This document shows, piece after piece, positions 52,571 to 62,689 of a stretch of 64,000 nt of DNA. The stretch is taken from the NCBI GenBank assembly GCA_965248975.1, contig CBDFKU010000020.1:152952-216951 (forward strand). The letters are read 5' to 3'. Position numbers and translations under genes: made by a program. The stretch comes from Dehalococcoidia bacterium (GTDB taxonomy: Bacteria > Chloroflexota > Dehalococcoidia > Lucifugimonadales > JAGWBF01). Below the pieces are notes generated by a model. It was not told the origin of the DNA. It saw only the letters and a list, made by a program, of their open reading frames with translations, and did not search any database. Position 1 is the first letter of the stretch. Each line of letters starts with the position of its first letter.

Positions 52571-54301
52571 CTACCCCCTACCGTGACGCAGAAGCCTGCC
52601 CGGCAGGGCGCCCGTTGGTACGCCGTCTTCCTGGGTCACCTGGCCGTTGACCAATATCCAGCGATACCCCTGGGGCTTCTGGACCCGTCTCCAGTCACCG
52701 CCGGGGAGGTCGTGGGACACCTCCACAGGGCCCGGGTCCAGCTTGTCCAGGTCGTAGACCACCACGTCTGCAGGGACCCCCTCGCGGAGGGAGCCGCGGT
52801 CCTTGAGTCCGCCGACGAAGGCGGGCAGGTAGCTCAGTTTGAAGTGGGCGTCCTCCAGGCTTACCAGCCCCTCGTCCCGCACCAGCCAGGTCAGCAGCTG
52901 GGTCGAGCAGCTGCCGCCGTCCTGGAACTTGATGTGGGCGCCTCCGTCTGATGCGCCGTGGACGGTGTACGGGGAGCGGGTTATCTCCGCCATGTACTCG
53001 GGATTCTCCCGACCCAGGGGTGCCACGAACTCGGTCTCCAGGTTGTCCTCCACGACGATATCCAGGAGGGCGTCGACGATGTGCTTCCCTTCGTCGCGGG
53101 CTATCTGCTCCACCGTCTGTCCGACGTACGCCTCCATCTCCCGGTTGCCCACCTCCTTAACACGAAAGGCCGGCAGGGAGCCTGCGAAGAACCCGCCGTC
53201 GGGCAACATTCCGGCGTCCCACTCGGCTCGCAAAGCCTGCCGCAGCTCCGGGTCCCGCATCCTCGCCCTGCGCTCCTCGGGTGTGCCCAGGGTCACCTGC
53301 CGCCAACCGGGGCTGGCGTCGAAGAGGTTCCAGTCCTCGAAGGTCAGCTCGAAGTCGGCGCGCCGCAGGTTCCCCTGGCCGTACACCCTGATGTGCTTCT
53401 TGCCGCACTCTTCGAGCCAGCTCAGCGTCTGCTTATGGCGCTCGGGCTTGTCGTCCTTGGGCGATACCTCCTGGTATATCACCGGCCTGTTGGCCGTCGA
53501 AGCCAGCTTCTCGAAGAACCTGGTGGTGGCGTTGGGCATCGACTCGCCCGCTTCCTCGGTGGCGGCGCGGTAGGCCAACTCGATGGACCCCTCGCCACGC
53601 TGTCCGAGTACTCCGGCGAAAGCCAGAAGCTCCTCGTCGGTCATAAGGTCGGTGATCATGGGTGTGCCGTCATAGTCCATCTGTAAATTATTGGGGCCGT
53701 TGACCTGGGCGGACCATCCGCAGGCCCCGACGTCCAGGCCCTCGTTGACCAGGCGGCACATCTCCTTCAGCTCGGCCTCTGTAGGCCGCCTCGTCTTGGC
53801 CTCCTGGAAGCCCATCACCCAGGCGTAAATGGGAGACAGGGGAACGTAGCTGATGACGTTCACGCCCTTGGGGATGCGGTCGATGGTTTTGAGGAACTCG
53901 GGAAAGGTCACCCAGTCCCATAGCATTCCTGCCTTCATCGGCTCGAAGGGGATGGACTCGTTGCGGGTCATGGCCAGCATCGCCCGGTCCTGGTCTTCCA
54001 CGCGGCAAGGGGCGAAGCCGAAGCCGCAGTTGCCGATGACCATGGAGGTGGCGCCGTGCCAGCCGGATATGGTGCAGTAAGGGTCCCACTGTATCTGAGC
54101 GTCGTAGTGGGTGTGGAGGTCGACGAAACCCGGAGCGACGATGAGGCCCGAGGCATCCAGGACCCTTCCCGCGGGCTGGCCGGATAGCCCGCCGATTTTG
54201 GCAATCCTTCCGTCCTTGATGGCGACGTCGCCGACGTAGGCCGGGGTCCGGGTCCCGTCGACGATCAGGCCCCCTCGTATGATGATGTCGTACTCAGCCA
54301 T
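52571..54301 (-). CDS. N-acyl-D-amino-acid deacylase (D-aminoacylase) family amidohydrolase
   Basis: YDIIIRGGLIVDGT..IAKIG..VLDASGLIVAPGFVDLHTHYD. Confidence 0.8.
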   Translation of the reverse strand: MAEYDIIIRGGLIVDGTRTPAYVGDVAIKDGRIAKIGGLSGQPAGRVLDASGLIVAPGFVDLHTHYDAQIQWDPYCTISGWHGATSMVIGNCGFGFAPCRVEDQDRAMLAMTRNESIPFEPMKAGMLWDWVTFPEFLKTIDRIPKGVNVISYVPLSPIYAWVMGFQEAKTRRPTEAELKEMCRLVNEGLDVGACGWSAQVNGPNNLQMDYDGTPMITDLMTDEELLAFAGVLGQRGEGSIELAYRAATEEAGESMPNATTRFFEKLASTANRPVIYQEVSPKDDKPERHKQTLSWLEECGKKHIRVYGQGNLRRADFELTFEDWNLFDASPGWRQVTLGTPEERRARMRDPELRQALRAEWDAGMLPDGGFFAGSLPAFRVKEVGNREMEAYVGQTVEQIARDEGKHIVDALLDIVVEDNLETEFVAPLGRENPEYMAEITRSPYTVHGASDGGAHIKFQDGGSCSTQLLTWLVRDEGLVSLEDAHFKLSYLPAFVGGLKDRGSLREGVPADVVVYDLDKLDPGPVEVSHDLPGGDWRRVQKPQGYRWILVNGQVTQEDGVPTGALPGRLLRHGRG

Positions 54302-54472
54302 CGCTATCTCTCCCCATTCTGTCCCGATTCAGAAATGCTGCTCGCCAACAGCGTAGCAGCGGGTTGAGGGGATGTCAAACAAACCGCGCCATGGACCGGC
54401 CGCAGCTTCTTACGGCAACAGCAAGGTTGCCGACGCTGCGGTGAGTATGTATCATGGGTCTGGTCCCAGATC

Positions 54473-55588
54473 ATGTCAGGAGAGGGGGTCCCCAAGTTGC
54501 TTGAGCAGTTTCACGTCAAAGAAGAGGACGCCGTCCGAGTACGCGAAGACGCGCTGCGGACCACCGTCACCGCCATCCTCGAGAAGCAGGGCGTACCCCC
54601 CGAGGACGCCGCCTTGGGCGCCGACGCGCTGGTCACCGCCGACCTCCGGGGTGTCGAGACTCACGGTGTCTCCAACATGCTGCGGGTCTACGTCGCCGGC
54701 TACAATAGCGGTGAGATCAACCCCAGGCCGGACTGGAGGATCGTCCGGGAGACTCCGGCCACCGCCAACATCGACTCGGACCAGGGCCTGGGCATCATCG
54801 TCTGCCCCAAGGCGATGGACATCGCTATCGAGAAGGCCAAGAAGGTCGGCGTGGGTATGGTCACTGTATCCAACGGCCGTCACATGGGGATGGTCTCATA
54901 CCATGCCATGATGGCCCTCAAGCACGACATGATCGGCATCGCAATGACCGGATGCCCCCCCTCCGTACTGCCCACCTTTGGAGCGGAGCCCAGGACCGGC
55001 ACCAACCCGATAGCGATGGCCGCCCCGGCCGGTGAGGAGCCGCCCTTCGTTTACGACGCCGCCACCAGCGTCATCGCGGGCAACAAGATCTCCCTGGCCC
55101 GGAGGGTGGGGTCGCTGCTGTCGCCCGGTTGGATAGGCGACGACCAGGGCAACCCCATCATGGAGCCCGTGGAGCCGCCGCCCCCCGAGTCTTCTCCCTT
55201 CCGTCTGCTACACCTGGGCTCCACCCGGGAGTCGGGCTCCCACAAGGGCTACGGGCTGTCCTGCATGGTGGACATCCTCACCGGGGTGATGTCGGGCACT
55301 GGTTTCGGCATGGTGCCTGGAAGGCCCAACTTCAGTCACTTCGTCGGGGCTTACAGCATCGAGGCCTTCACCGAGGTCGACACCTTTAAGGGCCTGATGG
55401 ACGACTTCCTGCGGGCCCTTCGGACCACCCCGCCGGCGCCGGGCCACGACCGGGTGCTGTACGCCGGGCTGCCCGAAGCAGAAGCAACGGAGGACCGCCG
55501 CGCCAACGGAATTCCTTTCCACAAAGAGGTGATCGGCTGGTTTCAGGACATCTGCAACGAGATGTCCATACCCTACATCCTGGAATAA
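54473..55588 (+). CDS. Ldh_2-family (malate/L-lactate/ureidoglycolate dehydrogenase type 2) oxidoreductase
   Basis: LRGVETHGV..; GTNPIAMAAP; GSHKGYGLSCMVDILTG. Confidence 0.75.
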   Translation: MSGEGVPKLLEQFHVKEEDAVRVREDALRTTVTAILEKQGVPPEDAALGADALVTADLRGVETHGVSNMLRVYVAGYNSGEINPRPDWRIVRETPATANIDSDQGLGIIVCPKAMDIAIEKAKKVGVGMVTVSNGRHMGMVSYHAMMALKHDMIGIAMTGCPPSVLPTFGAEPRTGTNPIAMAAPAGEEPPFVYDAATSVIAGNKISLARRVGSLLSPGWIGDDQGNPIMEPVEPPPPESSPFRLLHLGSTRESGSHKGYGLSCMVDILTGVMSGTGFGMVPGRPNFSHFVGAYSIEAFTEVDTFKGLMDDFLRALRTTPPAPGHDRVLYAGLPEAEATEDRRANGIPFHKEVIGWFQDICNEMSIPYILE

Positions 55589-55684
55589 CGGCTGGAATAA
55601 CCGGCTGGAGAGATTCGTACCGGTCCTGAGCTTTTGACCTGGGCTTTTGATATGTAGCCCTTCAAGTACGGAGGAAGCGTCACA

Positions 55685-56911
55685 TTGGTCTCTAACAAAT
55701 ACGATGTGGCCATCGTCGGCGGCGGCATCATCGGCCTGGCCACGGCGCTGCAGCTCACTCGAAACTACCCTCGGTGCCGTGTCGCGGTAGTTGAGAAGGA
55801 GCGCGAGGTCGCCCTGCATCAGACGGGCCACAACAGTGGTGTGATCCACTCGGGCATCTACTACCGGACAGGCTCCCAGAAGGCCCAGTTCTGTGTCTCC
55901 GGAGTCAGAGATCTGGTCCAGTTCTGCCAGGAAAACGGCATCGAGTATCAGCGCTGCGGCAAGGTAATCGTCGCCACCGACGAGTCGGAGCTGGGCCGCC
56001 TGGAACAGCTCCAGGAGCGGGGGACGGCCAACGGCGTGGAAGGGCTGGAGACCATCGGCCCGGAAAGGCTCAAGGAGATCGAGCCCCACTGCCGGGGCAT
56101 TAAGGCCCTTTACGCCCCGGGCACCGGTATCGTGGACTACACGGCCGTTGCCAAGGCCTACGCCGAGAAGATTACGGTCGGGGGCGGAGAGGTCCTCACC
56201 GGAAGGGCTGTGACTCGCATACGCCGGTCCGCCGGCACCATCGCCCTGGAGACCAGCCGTGGCGATCTGGAGGCCGACTACCTCATAAACTGCGCCGGCC
56301 TGCACGCCGACCGGGTCGCTCGTATGATGGGGGTGGTTCCCGAGGTCCGGATCATCCCCTTTCGGGGCGAGTATTACACCCTGAGGCATGAGCGGCGGGA
56401 CCTTGTAAAGTCCTTGATCTACCCGGTGCCCAACCCCCGTTTTCCCTTCCTGGGTGTTCACTTCACAAGAAACGTCCACGGCGAGGTGGAGGCCGGTCCC
56501 AACGCGGTGCTTGCCCTGGCCCGGGAAGGGTATCGCAAGACCAACGTCAACCTGCCGGACACCCTGAGTACTCTGGGCTACCCCGGCTTCTGGGCGATGA
56601 CCTTGAAGCACTGGAAAACGGCGATCGGGGAATGGCATCGATCGATGATAAAGTCCGTCTTCCTACGGGACCTCCAGCGACTGCTGCCCGAGGTCCGTGG
56701 CGAGGACCTTGTGCCGGGAGGGTCGGGGGTCCGGGCCCAGGCCGTGGACCGGCGGGGAAGATTGCTGGACGACTTCAGCATCCAGCAGACCGAAGGGGCC
56801 ATCCACGTCCTCAACGCGCCTTCGCCGGGAGCTACATCGTCCCTCTCCATCGGGAGACACATCGTGGCCCTGGCTGCTCAGTCCTTCGATCTCGAGCCCT
56901 CCCGGGCTTAG
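55685..56911 (+). CDS. lhgO: L-2-hydroxyglutarate oxidase-like FAD-dependent oxidoreductase
   Basis: YDVAIVGGGIIGLATA..; HQTGHNSGVIHSGIYY; GSGVRAQAVD. TTG start. Confidence 0.75.
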   Translation: MVSNKYDVAIVGGGIIGLATALQLTRNYPRCRVAVVEKEREVALHQTGHNSGVIHSGIYYRTGSQKAQFCVSGVRDLVQFCQENGIEYQRCGKVIVATDESELGRLEQLQERGTANGVEGLETIGPERLKEIEPHCRGIKALYAPGTGIVDYTAVAKAYAEKITVGGGEVLTGRAVTRIRRSAGTIALETSRGDLEADYLINCAGLHADRVARMMGVVPEVRIIPFRGEYYTLRHERRDLVKSLIYPVPNPRFPFLGVHFTRNVHGEVEAGPNAVLALAREGYRKTNVNLPDTLSTLGYPGFWAMTLKHWKTAIGEWHRSMIKSVFLRDLQRLLPEVRGEDLVPGGSGVRAQAVDRRGRLLDDFSIQQTEGAIHVLNAPSPGATSSLSIGRHIVALAAQSFDLEPSRA

Positions 56912-56977
56912 ATCGGCCGGCCTATCCGAGACGATATCTCTCCGGTGCAAGGTCACTGTACGACGGTTCCGATTCCC

Positions 56978-57007
56978 TTGACCCGACGACAGGGTGACTA
57001 TTAGAAT
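56978..57007 (+). promoter_or_regulatory. Sigma70-like promoter TTGACC-18-TAGAAT
   Basis: ttgacccgacgacagggtgactattagaat, upstream of the cNMP-binding gene. Confidence 0.45.
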
Positions 57008-57045
57008 GGGCCCAACACGCCGGGAGTCGGAAGGGGGACGACAGC

Positions 57046-57522
57046 ATGGCGACCCCGGAGAGGAACCCGACCAGAGGATCCGCCGTCCTGGACCTCCTGC
57101 GCAGCGTGCCCTTGTTCCAGTTCTTGGGGCCACGGGAGCTAGTGGACGTAGCCGCACGCATGGGCCTCAGCACCTACGAGGCCGGGAAGGTAATCTTCAG
57201 CAAGGATGACCCCGGGACTACTCTGCAAATCATCGCGGGCGGCTCCGTCAGGTTATTCATTCCCGCGGAGAGCGGAGAGGAGGCGCCCCTGGCGGTACTG
57301 AAGGCCGGCGACTTCTTCGGCGAGCTGGCGCTTCTGGACGGCGGCTCCCGGACCGCCAGCGCCATGGCCATCGGCCGGACCGCTGTACTGACCCTGGAGC
57401 GGGACGAGTTCCTGCGCTTCGTCACCACCTACCCCCAGGCGGCGGCCGCCGTGTTTCGAGCCCTGGCCTCCCTTATCCGCAACCAGAACGAGCAGCTCTA
57501 CAGCAAGTTCTTCGAGCCATAG
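57046..57522 (+). CDS. Stand-alone cyclic-nucleotide-binding domain protein (no HTH)
   Basis: LLRSVPLFQFLGPREL..; GDFFGELALLDGGSRTASA. Confidence 0.8.
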   Translation: MATPERNPTRGSAVLDLLRSVPLFQFLGPRELVDVAARMGLSTYEAGKVIFSKDDPGTTLQIIAGGSVRLFIPAESGEEAPLAVLKAGDFFGELALLDGGSRTASAMAIGRTAVLTLERDEFLRFVTTYPQAAAAVFRALASLIRNQNEQLYSKFFEP

Positions 57523-57526
57523 ACGG

Positions 57527-58243
57527 CTAGGAGTTGGGTCCCTCCCGGGCCAGGGCCAGCCCCCATACGGACGCGGCCCCCGTGGCCTTCAAGGCCTTGG
57601 CGCAGGCGAACATGGTGCTTCCCGTGGTTACCACGTCGTCCACCAGGATGAAGCTCCGTCCCGCGACATCGCCGACGCAGGTGAAGCTCCCTTCCACATT
57701 TCGCGCCCGCTCCGCGTGGGACAAACCGACCTGGGGAGGAGTGTCCCTGGTCCTGGTCAGAGCAGCCTCCTCCACCGGCAAGCCGGTCCGCTTGCCGACC
57801 TCCCGGGCCAGCAAGGTCGACTGATTGTACCCCCGTCTGCGGAGGCGTTTCTTGTGCAACGGCACCGGCACCAGGGCGCCCATCGGGGGCTTCGGTTCCA
57901 AGCATCGGGCAAGCAGTCCCCCTAAAGTGGGGGCCGCGGCCCGAACGTTGCGGTACTTGAGGGAGTGGACCCCTTCACGAATCGCGCCTTGCATCAGGTA
58001 TGGCACCGTGATGCCCTCTAGCTGAGGAGGTCTGTGGGCGCATTCTATGCACACTCCGACCGTCGCCCCGGGCTGGGCACAAATACGACAGAAGGGCGGT
58101 TCAAGGCACGGCGCGGAGACGTTGCACGGAGGGCACAGGAAGCTGCCGTACCCGCCGCACCCGAAGCAGCGGGGCGGGAAAAGTGTGTCCAGGGCTGCCA
58201 TGCCGAGGCGGCGCAGCGCCATGTGCCCTCTCTCACCAACCAC
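57527..58243 (-). CDS. comF: ComF-family phosphoribosyltransferase-domain protein
   Basis: N-terminal Cys clusters (CFGCGG..CPPC..CRIC..C); PRTase motif FILVDDVVTTGST. The start could be the internal Met at 58222. Confidence 0.75.
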   Translation of the reverse strand: MVGERGHMALRRLGMAALDTLFPPRCFGCGGYGSFLCPPCNVSAPCLEPPFCRICAQPGATVGVCIECAHRPPQLEGITVPYLMQGAIREGVHSLKYRNVRAAAPTLGGLLARCLEPKPPMGALVPVPLHKKRLRRRGYNQSTLLAREVGKRTGLPVEEAALTRTRDTPPQVGLSHAERARNVEGSFTCVGDVAGRSFILVDDVVTTGSTMFACAKALKATGAASVWGLALAREGPNS

Positions 58244-58289
58244 GCCGTAAATCTACCCGTGTCCACGGCTCGAAGTCAATCTTTAGGAC

Positions 58290-58317
58290 TTGACATCCCT
58301 TCCGGCGACGGTATAAT
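58290..58317 (+). promoter_or_regulatory. Near-consensus sigma70 promoter TTGACA-16-TATAAT at the edge of the AT-rich islet
   Basis: aggacTTGACAtcccttccggcgacggTATAAT. Confidence 0.55.
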
Positions 58318-58458
58318 TTTCCAGGATTCTTTCACATACTAACAATCTTTAGAGCGGCAGGGTCTCCCTGCTCCTGGGCCGACCATCACGGTTCCGTCCT
58401 TCTAACGTGACCTTGGTCGGCATCTTCCATGACCTCACTTCAGAAACCCAACAAGGAC

Positions 58459-58497
58459 TTGACAATCAAACTTCGTACTATCCATAATTAATATGGA
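58459..58497 (+). promoter_or_regulatory. Second promoter TTGACA-18-CATAAT overlapped by the palindrome TCCATA-ATTAA-TATGGA (operator-like)
   Basis: aggacTTGACAatcaaacttcgtactatcCATAATtaatatgga. Shares the aggacttgaca context with the first promoter. Confidence 0.5.
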
Positions 58498-58658
58498 TTG
58501 GCTCTTAGATACTTGTGTCAAGGACAATTATCGTCTCTGGAGCTAGTGATATCCGGGTTCTATAAAATGGTTTCGTCGCAATAGATAATCGAAGCTTCTA
58601 GTCCGGTTTGGAATTAAGGGCATGCTTACGAACAAGTTTCGGAAGGAGATCGTCTTAG

Positions 58659-59153
58659 ATGGGAAGACGGCAGAAACGGCCCCTACGGGGGCTGACCGAC
58701 AATGAGAGAGCCGAGCTGAATAGGGTGGCGGCCTCTCCCGACGATCGCGTTGAGCGGATAAGGAGGGCGCGGGTGATCTTGGCGGTGGCGGAGGGGAAGT
58801 CCTTTACCCAGGCCGCCAGGACGGCCCGCATGCGCAGCAGCAGCGGGGTTGCTGCCATAGTGCAGCGATTCCATGATCGGGGCCTCGAGGCGCTGGATAC
58901 TCTGCCCGGCGCGGGTAGGCGGCCCATCTACAGCGCCGCCGAGCGGGAGATGATCATGGCGGAGGTCCAGAGTCAGATCGAGCGTATGCCCTTCTGGTCG
59001 CTGTCGGCCTTGCAGCAGGCCCTTCGCCAGTCGTCCAGCGCCGTGCCCAGAGTCAGCGCCAAGACCATCGGCCAACTGCTCCGTGAGGCAGGCTACGCAT
59101 GGGACGCCGCCTCCCACGGCTGGGTCCGCGAAGGGGTACAGGTCGCCGGCTAG
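58659..59153 (+). CDS. IS630-type transposase N-terminal HTH fragment (no DDE catalytic domain)
   Basis: LTDNERAELNRVAASPDDRVERIRRARVILAVAEGKSFTQAA..VQRFHDRGLEALDTLPGAGRRP. This is the typical IS630/Tc1 N-terminal HTH pair. The ORF stops after 164 aa. Confidence 0.6.
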   Translation: MGRRQKRPLRGLTDNERAELNRVAASPDDRVERIRRARVILAVAEGKSFTQAARTARMRSSSGVAAIVQRFHDRGLEALDTLPGAGRRPIYSAAEREMIMAEVQSQIERMPFWSLSALQQALRQSSSAVPRVSAKTIGQLLREAGYAWDAASHGWVREGVQVAG

Positions 59154-59205
59154 CTAGCTTCATCGCGGACCCAGGGCCGTCTTGGGGTCAGTCGCGTTTC
59201 TTGTG

Positions 59206-60102
59206 CTAAGGATCGACGTCGGGTTCCCCGATGCCCTGTCTTCGTTTCTTGAGGAACTCTTCCAGCTCCTTGACCATCTCCTCGGGCTTGGGCATGTCCG
59301 CCTTGAGCAGGGCGGAGGCGTCGTCGTATCGCTGTTCAAGCTTCCGGACGTACGCGCCTAACTGAGTATCCGTGTCGGCGGCTTTCTCCACCTCCTGTTC
59401 GAAGATGGCGGCCGCGGAATCCAACTCGTCCAGCTTCAGCGACAGGTCCAGGATGCTGTTCAGACTGCTGACCAACGCGTGGCTCACCTTGTAGTTGGGC
59501 GCTGCCTGCAGGTAGTGGGGGATGTGTCCCCAGATGCCAGCGTACTGCAGCCCTCTGGTCGTACAGGCCTCCATCAGGGCGGAAGTGATGCCCGTTGGCC
59601 CCTGGTAGTTGGACGAGGTGATGGCCAGCTCTTCCAGGGCCGATCCCAGCTCCGGACCGTTGGCGGAGCCGCTGATTCTCGCTGGCCTGGTGTGGGGAAC
59701 GGCGTCTAGGAGGGCTCCCAGGTTCATCACCGTATTTACTCCCCGAGTGACAGCTTCGTCCAGAATGACCCGACAAAAGGTTTTCCATTTCAGGTTGGGC
59801 TCCACCCCGAGGAACAGCATGAGGCCCTGTGAAGGGCCCTCCCCTGCTCCGTAGAAGAACTCGTTGGCCGGCCACCGCACAACCCGCTTACCGTCGCCGG
59901 TAAAGCTGGTCATGGGCCGGACCTCGGTAAAGTCGTAGAACTCCTCGGGGTCGATGCCGGCGAACTTCTTCGCCTGGAGCTTGCGGATCAAGTACTGGAG
60001 GCCCCCGGTGGCGCTTTCCCCGGCGTCAGGCCACCCACCGAAGGCCGTGATCAGGTACCTTGCCTGATCGGGGATTTTCGAGTGCACCGTCAGATATTCC
60101 AT
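59206..60102 (-). CDS. PAC2 (proteasome assembly chaperone 2-like) family protein
   Basis: ITAFGGWPDAGESATGGLQYL..; start at MEYLTVH preferred over the listed 60153. Confidence 0.65.
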   Translation of the reverse strand: MEYLTVHSKIPDQARYLITAFGGWPDAGESATGGLQYLIRKLQAKKFAGIDPEEFYDFTEVRPMTSFTGDGKRVVRWPANEFFYGAGEGPSQGLMLFLGVEPNLKWKTFCRVILDEAVTRGVNTVMNLGALLDAVPHTRPARISGSANGPELGSALEELAITSSNYQGPTGITSALMEACTTRGLQYAGIWGHIPHYLQAAPNYKVSHALVSSLNSILDLSLKLDELDSAAAIFEQEVEKAADTDTQLGAYVRKLEQRYDDASALLKADMPKPEEMVKELEEFLKKRRQGIGEPDVDP

Positions 60103-60330
60103 AATCAGCTCGTGCCTGAGTCGAATCGCGTAACAGCAGTCGGGATTATACACCCTTCGGCGTTAGCGAGATAACCGCATCGAGAGGACCAGGGTCCCGA
60201 TGCCTCGATTTTTACCGTGGAGCACGCAGAGAACGCTGAGAATTTATATTTTTCTCCGCGACCTCGGCGCTCTCAGCGGTGGTTTTCTAGAGGCCGCCTG
60301 TCGAGGCTCCGCATAGCAGAGCGTCCCGAG

Positions 60331-61773
60331 CTAAATCACCAGTATCTCCATGAATTCGTCCACCGGCATGGACTCCAGTCGCTGGCGGTCGAGGCAGAGG
60401 TCCATGATGGCCTCGGCCCGCCGGACCGGAAAACGGGACATAAGATTGGCACGAAACTTCCCTAGCAGCAACGGAATGCCCTCGTCGCGACGCCGGCGGT
60501 GGCCCAGGGGGTAATCCACTACCACCTTGTCCGTGGCGGAGCCGTCTTTGAAGCGGACCTGCACCGAGTTGGCGATGGATCGTTTTTCCGGGTCCAGGTA
60601 CTCCCTGCTGAACCGCGGGTCCTCCACCACCGTCATCTTGTCCCTGAGGGCGTCGATGCGAGGGTCGGCGGCTATCTCCGATTCGTAATGCGCCGACGTG
60701 ACCTCTCCAAAGATCAGACCGATGGCCACCATGTACTGCAGCGAGTGGTCACGATCGGCAGGATTGTAAAGGGGACCGGTCTTGTCGATGATGCGCACCG
60801 CCGACTCCTGGCTGCCTATGGTAACCGACTCGACTTCGTCCAGGCGGTCCTTCACCTCCCCATGTAGCTGGAGGGCGCACTCCACCCCGGTCTGGGCGTG
60901 GAACTCCGCAGGGAAGGAGACCTTGAAGAGCACGTTCTCCATGACATAGGAGCCGTAGGGACGTTCCTGGACCAGGGGCACCCCCCTGAGCAGGGCGTCG
61001 GAAAACCCCCACGTGCCGGCGGTTAAGGATGAAGGGTAGCCCATCTCTCCCGCCAGGGCCACCAGCCCCAGCCACACGGCTCGGCTGGCTGCGTCGGCAG
61101 CGGCCCACGACTTTCGGGACCCGGCATTGGGTGCGTGCCGGTATACCCGCAGGCTGCTACCGTCGATCCATGCGTTGGACACGGCATTGGATATCTCTTC
61201 CGCTCCTCCGCCCAGCAACCCCGTCGCCACCGCCGTCGAGGCCACCCTGACCAGCAGGATGTGGTCCATGCCCGCCCGGTTCAGGCTGTTTCCCAGGGAC
61301 AGGACGCCCTGGATCTCGTAAGCCTTGATCAGCGCGGTGAGGACGTCGCGCATTGTGAGCCTGCCACCGCCCTCGGCCCTGGCCCGCCGGTCTATGTAGT
61401 CGGCGCTGGCCAGGATGGAGCCCAGGTTGTCGGAGGGGTGTCCCCATTCGGAGGCCAAAAATGTGTCGTTGAAGTCCAGCCAGCGGACCATACAGCCGAT
61501 GTTGAATGCCCCCCAAACCGGATCCAGCTCGAACTGGGTGCCCGGGACGCGTACCCCAAGGGGTACCTGGGTTCCGGGTACGATAGGTCCGAGGAGCTTG
61601 GTGCACTCTGGGGCGCTCAATGCAAGCAGCCCGCAGCCCAGGGCGTCCATGAAAGCGTATCGCGCCGTGTCGTAGGCCAGGTCGCTATCGATGGCACCGT
61701 CGGCGACATAGCTGCCGATATCCACCAGGATCTGGTCCGTGTTGGGTCGGATGCTGGACTTGGTCGCGGTCAC
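60331..61773 (-). CDS. MmgE/PrpD-family dehydratase (2-methylcitrate dehydratase-like)
   Basis: GTG start with aaggagg SD 6 nt upstream gives about 480 aa. ..[14 protein letters not shown]..; [19 protein letters not shown]. Confidence 0.8.
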   Translation of the reverse strand: MTATKSSIRPNTDQILVDIGSYVADGAIDSDLAYDTARYAFMDALGCGLLALSAPECTKLLGPIVPGTQVPLGVRVPGTQFELDPVWGAFNIGCMVRWLDFNDTFLASEWGHPSDNLGSILASADYIDRRARAEGGGRLTMRDVLTALIKAYEIQGVLSLGNSLNRAGMDHILLVRVASTAVATGLLGGGAEEISNAVSNAWIDGSSLRVYRHAPNAGSRKSWAAADAASRAVWLGLVALAGEMGYPSSLTAGTWGFSDALLRGVPLVQERPYGSYVMENVLFKVSFPAEFHAQTGVECALQLHGEVKDRLDEVESVTIGSQESAVRIIDKTGPLYNPADRDHSLQYMVAIGLIFGEVTSAHYESEIAADPRIDALRDKMTVVEDPRFSREYLDPEKRSIANSVQVRFKDGSATDKVVVDYPLGHRRRRDEGIPLLLGKFRANLMSRFPVRRAEAIMDLCLDRQRLESMPVDEFMEILVI

Positions 61774-62491
61774 CGTATGCCTCCTTGCAGTTCGCTCTTG
61801 AGGTCCGTGGTTAGCATCGGCAGCATGGCCGCCGGCGCGATGCACTCGGGACCGGTGTTCTTGGGCGAGTTCACCAGGGCCGAGACCAGATGGGATTCCA
61901 TGGATTCCCCGGGGAAGGGTGCCAGGAGGGGCCTCAGTACCTCCTGGTCTTCGGTCATAGGGTCGAGCCACAGGGCCTCGGCCTCGTCGGGCAGAATTAC
62001 GGGCATCTGGTCATGGACGGGCTCTACGAGGGAGTTGGGGTCCGTGGTGATGATGGTGCACGACCGCACGATCTCTCCGGAGGGAGCCTTCCACCACTCC
62101 CACAGGCCGGCGAAGGCGAAGGGCTCGTGGGACCTCAGGGAGACGTACAGCGGCGCCTTCCCTTTCCCGCCCTTGCCCCACTCGAAGAACCCGTCCCCCA
62201 GGACAAGGCAGCGGCGCTTCCGGTAGGCTGTACGGAAGGCCGCCCTGCTCTCCAGGGTCTCGGCCTTGGCGTTGATCATCTTGTGCCCGCCGGACAGGTC
62301 CTTGGACCAGGACGGCACCAGGCCCCAACGCATGTACCGGGCTTGCCTTCGCCACCGCGGTTGGCGACCGTTAGCACCTCCTGAGTGGGAACCACGTTGT
62401 AGTTCGGCTCGTAATCCAGGTGCTCGGCCCGGAACCCGAACCGCAGTTGGAGGTCGTCCAGGCTCGACGTGAGAGTAAATCTGCCGCACAT
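61770..62491 (-). CDS. SOS-response-associated peptidase (SRAP/YedK, DUF159), interrupted by a frameshift near 62340-62350
   Basis: One frame reads [42 protein letters not shown]. Another reads [36 protein letters not shown].. One missing base at aag^cccgg restores K-A-R-Y-M. Confidence 0.7.
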
Positions 62492-62623
62492 GGTTCGCAG
62501 TAAGCGCCTCCTGGTTATGCCAGAAGCTCCGACGGGCCCATTGTGCCACATAGGGTAAACAGGTTCAAGGGAATCCTCCTGTCCGGTATTTTGGGGAGAA
62601 CCCCGAAGGGCCTGGCCCGTCTG

Positions 62624-62652
62624 TTGACTCGGGTTTGGGCAGTACCTATAAT
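62624..62652 (+). promoter_or_regulatory. Sigma70-like promoter TTGACT-17-TATAAT
   Basis: ttgactcgggtttgggcagtacctataat, 38 nt upstream of the CitE-like gene. Confidence 0.55.
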
Positions 62653-62689
62653 TGCCCCATTCCCCACTGCTTCGCCAAGGAGGCCACCT

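Noticed and set aside
55208-56638. 476-aa ORF on the minus strand.
   Set aside because: It is antisense to the well-supported LhgO-like gene. It is Arg/Gly/Pro/Val-rich with no motifs, a typical shadow ORF of GC-rich DNA. The same applies to 14090-15046(-), 39306-40514(+), 24672-25700(-), 35444-36517(-), 34725-35603(-), 8258-9022(-) and similar.
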